Shown one piece after another: positions 39,713 to 47,310 of a stretch of DNA of 64,000 nt. Numbering within the stretch: the first letter of the stretch is position 1; every line of letters starts with the position of its first letter. A program made the position numbers and the translations under genes. Source of the DNA: Gemmatimonadales bacterium (GTDB lineage Bacteria > Gemmatimonadota > Gemmatimonadetes > Gemmatimonadales > GWC2-71-9); contig JBFJCP010000001.1 in assembly GCA_041615815.1 (NCBI GenBank), positions 96,001-160,000 on the forward strand, written 5' to 3'. The notes below the pieces were generated by a model, which saw nothing but the letters and a program-made list of their open reading frames with translations, ran no database searches and had not been told where the DNA came from.

Positions 39713-40261
39713 GTGAGCGCGCCAGAGCCCACGGGAGCACCGCCGGATGCCGTGCTCATTCGAGCGTGGCGGGAGGGCGAGGAGACCGCGGCGGCCGAGC
39801 TCGTACGCAGGCATGCGAGAGCGCTGGCGCGGTATCTGAGCGCGGGTGGGGCGGGGGACGACGTGGACGACTTGGTCCAAGAGACGTTCTTCCGCGCGTT
39901 CCGCCGCATCGAGACCTTTCGGGGGGAGGCGAGCTTTCGCGGATGGTTGCTGGCCATCGGCTCCAACGCCCTGAAGGACTACCGCCGCCGGCTGAAGCGT
40001 CGGCAGGTGCTGCCGTTGGAAGACCGCGAGATCGTGGACGAGGGCAGCGATCCCCACATGCACGCGCGCGAGCGGGACCTGCTGGAGCAACTACAGGCCG
40101 GGGTCGAGCGGTTGCCACCCATGCAGCGCGACGTGTTCTTGATGCGGGCACAGCAGGGGCTGGAGTACGGGGCGATCGCGGAGGCGTTGGAGACGAGCGT
40201 GGGCGCCGCGCGGGTCCATTATCATCACGCGGTCAAACGGTTGAAGCAGATTCTGCAGTGA
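39713..40261 (+). CDS. ECF sigma-70 factor
   Basis: DDLVQETF, FRGWL, region 4 LPPMQRDVF...IAEAL. Confidence 0.92.
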   Translation: MSAPEPTGAPPDAVLIRAWREGEETAAAELVRRHARALARYLSAGGAGDDVDDLVQETFFRAFRRIETFRGEASFRGWLLAIGSNALKDYRRRLKRRQVLPLEDREIVDEGSDPHMHARERDLLEQLQAGVERLPPMQRDVFLMRAQQGLEYGAIAEALETSVGAARVHYHHAVKRLKQILQ

Positions 40262-40271
40262 GGGTGACGCG

Positions 40272-40676
40272 ATGATCGACGAACGCGATCTCGAGAAGCT
40301 GGCGCCCCGATTGGGCGATCGAGCCGCGGAGCGGATCGACCCAAACCAGGTGGCGAGCGACGTGCTGGCGCGTCTCGCGGCCGAGGCGGAGCCAATCCGC
40401 TGGTGGCGACGCCCCGCACTGCTGCGGATCGCGGCGGCCGTGACGCTCGTGGCCGGAGCGAGTTTCTTCGCCCTGCGCGGTTTTTCGGGCGGTGCGGGTG
40501 TGGTGAACGAGGGTCTCCCGGCTCCCGTGGCCTTGGAGGAGTTGGGCGTGACCGAGCTCGCCGAACTCGTGGATTCGCTCGAGGTCGACGGTCCCGTCTA
40601 CCGGTTGGTGCCCGCGTCTTTGGACGACTTGTCGGAGCAGCAGCTCGAGCTGTTGCTGGAGGAGATGGAGGGATGA
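40272..40676 (+). CDS. single-pass membrane protein, putative anti-sigma factor
   Basis: Follows the ECF sigma; WWRRPALLRIAAAVTL TM segment. Confidence 0.7.
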   Translation: MIDERDLEKLAPRLGDRAAERIDPNQVASDVLARLAAEAEPIRWWRRPALLRIAAAVTLVAGASFFALRGFSGGAGVVNEGLPAPVALEELGVTELAELVDSLEVDGPVYRLVPASLDDLSEQQLELLLEEMEG

Positions 40677-41167
40677 TGGTCCGCAGAGTCCTTGTGGTCG
40701 TGGCACTCCTCGTCGCGGGAACGGTGCCCTCGGTGGCCGCGCAGCAGCCGGATGCGCGGCGGCAGCAGCTGCGGCAGCAGGTGATGCAGCGTTTCCTCCA
40801 GAATTATCGCAATGCCGCCGGGCTCGACGAGGGGCAGTTTTCCCAGTTTCGGACGCTCGCCGAACGGGCTTTCGAGGCGCGCAACGAGCTTCAACGGCGG
40901 GAACGGTCGCTGTGGCAAGCGCTCGAGGGTCAGATGCGGCCGGGGGTCGCGGCCGATCCCGACAGCGTGACCGTACTGCTCGACGGATTGGTGGGTATCC
41001 AGACCGAACGGGTCGAGCTCCTGCGCTCCGAACAGGCCGAGTTTGCCGCGTTTTTGACACCGGTCCAGCGGGCCCAGCTCACCCTCTCACTGCGGCGGCT
41101 GCAGATGCAGATCGACCGTGTGATCGACGAGCGGATGCAGGGCAACCGCCCGCGCCGGCAGGAGTGA
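40673..41167 (+). CDS. exported helical protein, Spy/CpxP-like
   Basis: Signal peptide, GLDEGQ and LTPVQ (LTxxQ-like) motifs; ATG 40673. Confidence 0.7.
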   Translation: MMVRRVLVVVALLVAGTVPSVAAQQPDARRQQLRQQVMQRFLQNYRNAAGLDEGQFSQFRTLAERAFEARNELQRRERSLWQALEGQMRPGVAADPDSVTVLLDGLVGIQTERVELLRSEQAEFAAFLTPVQRAQLTLSLRRLQMQIDRVIDERMQGNRPRRQE

Positions 41168-41188
41168 TCTGAGTGAGGAACGCGGAGA

Positions 41189-41222
41189 CCAGACGGCGGC
41201 CTGCGGCCGCCGTCTGGCGTTG
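41189..41222 (+). terminator. hairpin/terminator after ECF operon
   Basis: 13-bp stem CCAGACGGCGGCC-TGC-GGCCGCCGTCTGG followed by CGTTT. Confidence 0.65.
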
Positions 41223-41272
41223 ATGCGTATCCGGTCTGGAATCAACCAACCCCGATCCGATGGTCCCCGCCG

Positions 41273-41644
41273 TCACGCCGGGGGGGAGCCCGCTGCCCGT
41301 GTATCCTTCAGAAAGGCCCGGGCCAGCGCCGCAAGGTGTTCGGAGTCCGTCCGTGCGACGAAATCCTGCAGTTGCCTCGTTTGACCCCAACGTCCAAGTG
41401 TCTGGATGGCATGAGCCCGAAGCGTATCGTGTGGTGATGCGGCATGGTGGTGTCCAGGATCATCTTCGTGTAGCTCGACCTCGCGGTCTTCGTCCAGAAG
41501 GTCGACGAGCAGATCGATGGATTCCGCGGTGGGCTGGCCACGAGCGATCTTCGTCACGGCATCGCGCATTCGGTTCCACGTTCCAGGCTGAGGGGTGTGA
41601 TCCCCACGAAGGACATCCCGCATAAAGTCGTGTTCGTCTGCCAT
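41273..41644 (-). CDS. hypothetical helical protein (123 aa)
   Basis: GAGGG RBS-like and ATG 41644, 14 nt after the upstream stop; HEAT-like helices. Confidence 0.6.
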   Translation of the reverse strand: MADEHDFMRDVLRGDHTPQPGTWNRMRDAVTKIARGQPTAESIDLLVDLLDEDREVELHEDDPGHHHAASPHDTLRAHAIQTLGRWGQTRQLQDFVARTDSEHLAALARAFLKDTRAAGSPPA

Positions 41645-41658
41645 GACCGTGACCCTCG

Positions 41659-43125
41659 CTAGGGACCCCAAAAGAACGTGATCGGCCGCGGGTCAGCCAC
41701 GCCCTGGAGCGACAATCCCTCCCCAGGCAGTGCGGTCGGGATACTCCGTGTCGGAACCGTCAGGCCGTTGACACTCGAGTCGACGGATTCGTACTGCCGC
41801 CCGCCGGCGCGCAGGCATCCCATCATGTGCTCCATCACATTCTGAAGGTACTGCTGCTTGAAATCACCCTGCTCGCTGACGGAGATCGAGCGGATACCCC
41901 CTTCCGTCACTTCGGGGCCATCCGTGTATCCCTCGTTCTGATAGTCCGACGGCGGAAGCTTCATGTCCACTACGACACCCCGATCGTTGAAGCAAGTGTC
42001 GTACAGGTACAACCGCCCGTCGTGCTCGAGGAAGTTGATACAATGGCCGCCCCCGTAGTTGAGCTGCTCGACCTGCCGGCCATCCTCCGTCTGGGGAGGC
42101 GCTGACCAGAACCGGTAGCGTTGCTGCTCGACGTCGTGGACGATGGATGTCGGCGTCAGCGGAAGCTCCGTGTCATGAAACTCGGACGCGTCTTCCTCCG
42201 GGACCTTCCGCCCGGTTCCCGGCTTCGCGATCACCACCGCGCACCACATGGCGTCGCCATCGTCTGCGACACGCCACTCGAGGAAAAAGCAGCGGCGATG
42301 GACCGCGACACCTTGGCATCCCGCCATGGCCTGGAACATCTTGTTCCACCCCCCACAGTAGCCGCCCTTTGCGAGAATCATCGCGCCGACGTGCCAAGCC
42401 CGAACCGCGTACTCCATCGAGGTGTTTTTGACGTTCGCAATGATCGCGTCACAGATGTCGACGGGACTGGAGAGTCCGGCGGCCCACTCGCACGTCCATT
42501 CCACGATCGGCAAGTACGTCCACTGCCCAACGGGAGAGGGTGTGTTACCCGGTGGTGCAGGGATGCCAAGCCAACGCCACGTGTCCGTGAGTGGTCCACC
42601 CGTCGTGTATACCGTGTGGGTGGAATCTCCGATGGCATCTGGGCCGCTGTCGCCTAAGGCGGACCACTCCCACCAGAGCTGTGTCTTGCCGATTTCGTTG
42701 GGTAGCGGAGCGTCGAGCGTAAACTCGATGGGCTGGGAGAGTCCTGAGGCATCGAAGGAAAGTGTCACATCCGTGCGCGGCGCCACACCGAGTTTGGATA
42801 CGGGGGGCTGCGCCTGCGGAGAAGGTCTGGCCTGAATGGTGAGCTTGCCACCTCCGCCCCCTTCGCCACGCCGGAATGTCACCTGAATCCGAGGCGTCGT
42901 GTTCTTGACATACGCCGCGGGCTCGGAACGCAGCCCCGCAATCCATTCCGGAGTCTTGCCGAGCAAATGATCGACCGGTGGGCGTTGCCATTTCTTCTGG
43001 TTGACCGTCGTCGCGGCCTTCAAGTCAACCCACGTCATGGGAGCGATCATATCGATCGCCCCAGCGTTGCCGGGAAAGGCGAAATGAATGCTATGCAGCG
43101 CGAGTTGTGGTGTACCAGCCGTCAC
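41659..43125 (-). CDS. hypothetical protein with transglutaminase/papain-like Cys-His-Asp triad
   Basis: GGYCGGW...GCQGV, GGHCIN, LYLYDT; GAGG RBS before GTG 43125. Confidence 0.65.
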   Translation of the reverse strand: MTAGTPQLALHSIHFAFPGNAGAIDMIAPMTWVDLKAATTVNQKKWQRPPVDHLLGKTPEWIAGLRSEPAAYVKNTTPRIQVTFRRGEGGGGGKLTIQARPSPQAQPPVSKLGVAPRTDVTLSFDASGLSQPIEFTLDAPLPNEIGKTQLWWEWSALGDSGPDAIGDSTHTVYTTGGPLTDTWRWLGIPAPPGNTPSPVGQWTYLPIVEWTCEWAAGLSSPVDICDAIIANVKNTSMEYAVRAWHVGAMILAKGGYCGGWNKMFQAMAGCQGVAVHRRCFFLEWRVADDGDAMWCAVVIAKPGTGRKVPEEDASEFHDTELPLTPTSIVHDVEQQRYRFWSAPPQTEDGRQVEQLNYGGGHCINFLEHDGRLYLYDTCFNDRGVVVDMKLPPSDYQNEGYTDGPEVTEGGIRSISVSEQGDFKQQYLQNVMEHMMGCLRAGGRQYESVDSSVNGLTVPTRSIPTALPGEGLSLQGVADPRPITFFWGP

Positions 43126-43254
43126 GGCAACACCTCACGCTCTCTACTCGATCGGCGTCACGTCCTGGACCCACGCTCGGGCCCGGTGCCCGCGGTCTCC
43201 AAATAACGAGGCCATCACACGTTCGCAAGAGGACGAGATCGAGCATGGCACCCC

Positions 43255-43283
43255 TTGACGGTGCGTTGTTACATCCGTATATG
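43255..43283 (+). promoter_or_regulatory. sigma70-type promoter of the RiPP operon
   Basis: TTGACG-17 nt-TATATG, followed by palindrome GAAACGTTTC at 43292-43301. Confidence 0.55.
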
Positions 43284-43323
43284 GCATTTGGGAAACGTTT
43301 CTCTTCACTCAGGGGGATCAGTC

Positions 43324-43491
43324 ATGACCCGCTTCACCGGCAAGGACCTGATGGTCACCGTACTGCCCGAAAGGGGCTTCGCCGCGGACTGCGACAAGGC
43401 CTGCACGAATCCGGGTTCCGAACGTGTTCGACCCTTCCGAGCGGCGGATCTGGAGGCTCTTCGGCGCGACCTTCGGCTCAGGCTCCGCTGA
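43324..43491 (+). CDS. putative lanthipeptide precursor peptide (55 aa)
   Basis: MTRFTGKDLMVTVLPERGFAADCDKACTNPGSERVRPFRAADLEALRRDLRLRLR; AGGGGGA RBS; directly upstream of lyase and kinase-cyclase genes. Confidence 0.75.
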   Translation: MTRFTGKDLMVTVLPERGFAADCDKACTNPGSERVRPFRAADLEALRRDLRLRLR

Positions 43492-43509
43492 TCAACCCCA
43501 ACATCTGAT

Positions 43510-44754
43510 GTGGGTATTCGGGGGGTGACGGCGATCACCCCCTGGTGCCATGCGAGAACCCAGCGCGTACATGTGTCTGTAGTTCTTCGCCCCGGGTTAT
43601 TGACCCGCGCGTTTCGCGCACCCGCGCAGTACGATCTCGTCTCCGTGGAACGCCTCCCCGTCGACCAGCGACGCATTCTCGATGATCTCATCAGGGTTGG
43701 GTGTCCTGCCGTCCTGCTTCCCCGTGCCGAGAGTGGACACACGATCAAGATGCTGAGCCCGGAGACCACGGAGCTGGTCCGCGCGTTGAAGGAGCCCGGT
43801 CCGCTCCCACCAGGCGCGGTCGATCGCCTGGGCCGGCGGGCGGACGAGACCATTGCTCGGCTGGTCTTGGATGATATGCTCGAGATCGAGACGCACAGCG
43901 GCTTTGTGAGTGGCGTGGCAGCGAGTGAGGTCGTCCTGCAGATCGAGGACCCCGAGGCACCAGAAGGTCTCCTCAGCGAGCTGTCGTGGTCCGCCCTACA
44001 GTTTGGACAGGCGATGGAACTCGGTGAGCCTCTCGCCCTCGCCCGACGGCTGTACGGATACAACGCCGTTCCAGCGTCACCCCGCTACCGCCATCGTTTT
44101 CCAACGACCCGTGCCGTGGCCGAGTTTCTCGGTCTCGACGGCTTTGGCGCGAGCCTGCAACTCGTGGAGTCCGGTAGCGAACGCACCGTCGATTGGCGAC
44201 ACGGTGGCGCGTGGTGGTCCTGGTTGGCCGGCGACGCGGACGCGGTTCCGACCGGTCGACAGGTCTACAAGCTGTATGTGAGTCCTGAAGTCGAACAGTT
44301 GCGGGACGCGTTCCACACCGTCATCGGCACGATCGGGAAGGACGGCCCCTTCTGTTTCAAGGTCGGGCGGGATCTCCTCGGGATCTTGAGACCGGACAAA
44401 CTCGTGGCGTATTTCGCCCACCAGGAGCAACTCCAGGCGGCGTCCGAGAGGCTCAGCGACGAGCTCGACGGCATGCGCCCCCAGGGCGTCCCTTTCACGG
44501 CCGATGCCGGCGCCAACGGCCTGCTGTCGTGGGCCGTCGACCCTCCGCGCGACGACTGGTCACCGCAGTGGTACCGAGACCGGAGCTGGCGGATGTGGAT
44601 CACCCATCTGCTGGCTGCATCGCTGCATGCGGCACGAATGACCGCGCGGGCCCCGCTCCCGCCGTGGCACTTTGCGCAGGTGCGCGTGGCCCTTGAAGGC
44701 GTCAACCCCCAGACATGGGCCCCCACACCGGGGCCGTGGCATCTTGCGGCGTAG
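43510..44754 (+). CDS. HopA1-like (LanY) phosphoSer/Thr lyase
   Basis: YKLYVSP, FKVG, RPDKLVAYF, GVPFT, W..DPP motifs; start uncertain (GTG 43510 or 43573). Confidence 0.8.
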   Translation: MGIRGVTAITPWCHARTQRVHVSVVLRPGLLTRAFRAPAQYDLVSVERLPVDQRRILDDLIRVGCPAVLLPRAESGHTIKMLSPETTELVRALKEPGPLPPGAVDRLGRRADETIARLVLDDMLEIETHSGFVSGVAASEVVLQIEDPEAPEGLLSELSWSALQFGQAMELGEPLALARRLYGYNAVPASPRYRHRFPTTRAVAEFLGLDGFGASLQLVESGSERTVDWRHGGAWWSWLAGDADAVPTGRQVYKLYVSPEVEQLRDAFHTVIGTIGKDGPFCFKVGRDLLGILRPDKLVAYFAHQEQLQAASERLSDELDGMRPQGVPFTADAGANGLLSWAVDPPRDDWSPQWYRDRSWRMWITHLLAASLHAARMTARAPLPPWHFAQVRVALEGVNPQTWAPTPGPWHLAA

Positions 44755-44763
44755 GAAGGTGCC

Positions 44764-47166
44764 GTGCTAGTCGCGGAGCCGTTGATCTTGCCGGAGGACG
44801 TTCTGATCGTTCCCGTGGCGGATCTCGCGCCCGAGGCGCGACGGAAACTTCAGAGCGATCTCGGAAGGTTCGCGGTGACGCGGCCCCGCTCCCGAGCACC
44901 CTCGATGGTCGTCGACGAGGGAGCCGCGGATCTGTTGCAGATGTTTCGCTCGGCAAGTGCGATCAACGACGTCATCCTGCGGTACAGTCGCGCGCGGCAG
45001 CTCGATCCCGAAGAGGTACTCGAGGGCGTGTTCCCGATCCTCAGCGGCTGCATCGCTTCGCAGTTTCTCGTTCCAGCCAATACACCGGAAGCGGACCGAA
45101 TTCTCCCGATCCTGAACTTGGACAGTCACGCCGGCCCCTTCGAGTTGATCCGGTGCGTCCAAGTCTTCGAGGACACCGAGGTGTATCAGGTGAAGACGCG
45201 AGCCGGATCGCTGGCGGCGCTGAAACTGTCTCGATCCAAGGGCGTTGCGACGCGGCGGCTGCTCGAGCGTGAGGCCGCGATTCTGAATCGTCTCGATGGG
45301 ACTACGACACCCGCCGTGGTTGGCGCTGGTGCCGTGCATGACCACCCGTATTTGGCCATAGAATGGCGGAGTGGGGTATCGGCACTCGTTGCGGCCCACG
45401 AATACCGCAACGACCCGCCGAAGTACCGGTCAGACCTCTTGATGCGTCTGTGCCACGGCGTCCTTCGCGCCTACGAACATGTGCACCGGCAGGGCGTCGT
45501 GCATGCCGACGTCCATCCGGGGAACATCATGATCGGACCGGACGGACGCGTCACCCTGCTCGATTTCGGGCTCGCACGAGCGGATGACGGTCCTCCCCAG
45601 TGGCGCACCGCTCCGCGCGGTGGCGTGGCGCCCTTTTACGAGCCTGAATTTGCCAACGCGCGGCTCGCCGGCGGCACGCTTCCGCAGGCCACATTCGTGG
45701 GCGAGCAATACGTGCTCGCGGCGTTGCTCTATCTGCTCCTCACGGGCCACCACTACGTGGATTTCTCGCTGACCGCTGACGAAGCGTTTGCACAGATTGC
45801 CCGGCAGAATCCCTTGCCTTTTTCGGTGCAGGGGGTTCCGCCATGGCCAGACGTGGAGCGGGTGCTGAGCGCGGCCTTGGCCAAGGAGCCGCGCGCACGG
45901 TTTCCCACGGTACAGGCCTTTGCCGCGGCGCTGCGTGGGGCGATGGATGCGGCCGCTCCGATCGCACCCGTCCCCAGTCCAGCTCGGCGAAGCCCCACCG
46001 ACGTGTTACTCGATCGCGTCGCCCGGAAGCTGGACCCGGCAGCCAAGCCGTATGCGCGCGGTCTTCAGGCGCCCCCGCAGGCATCCATCACGTACGGAGC
46101 AAGCGGGTTGGCCATTGCGGCGTACCGCTTGGCATGCATCCGATCGGATCCTCGAGCGCTCGCGGTAGCCGATGCCTGGCACACGCGGGCGGTGAACGAC
46201 ATGCGCTCCAGCCGGGCGTTTTACAACGCAGCCATCGGCGTCACGCGGGAAATCGTTGGCGAGACGTCGCCGTATCATACGGCGAGCGGCGTGCACGCTG
46301 CCGGGGTCTTGATCGGTGTGCTCCGGGGAGATGTGGCCGCAGTCCACGAAAGCGTAAGAGGTTTTGTCAGTGCGTCCGAACCGCTCGCCGCCCGTATCGA
46401 CCTGACGCTGGGGCGCGCGGGCACCTTGCTGGCGTGCAGCCTCTTGCTCGATGCACTGCCGCCCGAGTTCGCGGACGAGCGCACCCTTATGATGCACTTG
46501 GGAGGCCGAACCGCACGGACCATTCGCGAAAGCCTCGCGTCGTATGGGCCCATTCCTGAGTGTGTTCAGCTGCGCAGCCTTGGGATGGCGCATGGGTGGG
46601 CGGGTGTCCTCTTCAGTCTGCTGCGGTGGTATCGGGTATCTTCCGCTGGCCCGCCCCCCGAATTCGAGGCTTGGCTCTCCGAGCTTGCGGCGCAGGGGGA
46701 ATTGGCGGGACGGGGAATGCGTTGGCGCATGCGGACCGAGGGCCCGGATCTGGATCACCGTTCGTATATGAACGGGTGGTGTAATGGATCGGCTGGCCAC
46801 CTCTATCTGTGGACGCTGGCTCACCGCATGTTCGGTGTCGACGAGCACGCGGCGTTGGCCGAGCAAGTGGCGTGGAACGTTTGGGAGGAGCGCGGGTCGA
46901 TACCGACGCTCTGCTGCGGATTGGGAGGACAGGCGTACGCACTCCTCAAGTACTACCAGCATACCGGCGACCGAAGATGGTTGGTGAAGGCGCAGCACTT
47001 AGCGAGCATGGCGGCTGAGGAGTGCTTGAAGGAACAGGCGGTACCGTGGGAACCGTACCGCATGAGCCTGTTCAAAGGCGAGGTCGGAGTCGCCGTGTTG
47101 GCGGCGGATATATCACGCCCCGAAGGGGCGTCGATGCCGTTCTTTGACGAGGAGGGATGGTCCTAG
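44764..47166 (+). CDS. Ser/Thr kinase-LanC cyclase fusion (lanthionine synthetase)
   Basis: Kinase: ALK, HADVHPGN, DFGLA; LanC: DLTLGRAG, GMAHGWAG, WCNGSAG, LCCGLGG, SLFKGEVG; GGAAGG RBS. Confidence 0.88.
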   Translation: MLVAEPLILPEDVLIVPVADLAPEARRKLQSDLGRFAVTRPRSRAPSMVVDEGAADLLQMFRSASAINDVILRYSRARQLDPEEVLEGVFPILSGCIASQFLVPANTPEADRILPILNLDSHAGPFELIRCVQVFEDTEVYQVKTRAGSLAALKLSRSKGVATRRLLEREAAILNRLDGTTTPAVVGAGAVHDHPYLAIEWRSGVSALVAAHEYRNDPPKYRSDLLMRLCHGVLRAYEHVHRQGVVHADVHPGNIMIGPDGRVTLLDFGLARADDGPPQWRTAPRGGVAPFYEPEFANARLAGGTLPQATFVGEQYVLAALLYLLLTGHHYVDFSLTADEAFAQIARQNPLPFSVQGVPPWPDVERVLSAALAKEPRARFPTVQAFAAALRGAMDAAAPIAPVPSPARRSPTDVLLDRVARKLDPAAKPYARGLQAPPQASITYGASGLAIAAYRLACIRSDPRALAVADAWHTRAVNDMRSSRAFYNAAIGVTREIVGETSPYHTASGVHAAGVLIGVLRGDVAAVHESVRGFVSASEPLAARIDLTLGRAGTLLACSLLLDALPPEFADERTLMMHLGGRTARTIRESLASYGPIPECVQLRSLGMAHGWAGVLFSLLRWYRVSSAGPPPEFEAWLSELAAQGELAGRGMRWRMRTEGPDLDHRSYMNGWCNGSAGHLYLWTLAHRMFGVDEHAALAEQVAWNVWEERGSIPTLCCGLGGQAYALLKYYQHTGDRRWLVKAQHLASMAAEECLKEQAVPWEPYRMSLFKGEVGVAVLAADISRPEGASMPFFDEEGWS

Positions 47167-47310
47167 CGACCGCACCATGTCCAAGCCCGAGCCGAAATCC
47201 CTCGAATGGATGCCGGAACCCGGGATTGGGTGTGATAGATCCTGCAATTGACTGAACCTATATTGAGCCGCGCTGTCGCTCCTCGCTCGGCAGCGTACTG
47301 AAACCTGCGG

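Noticed and set aside
44764..47166. Class III/IV (LanKC/LanL) trifunctional synthetase
   Set aside because: No N-terminal lyase domain motif (e.g. GWKLHVS) in this protein; the lyase appears to be the separate upstream gene
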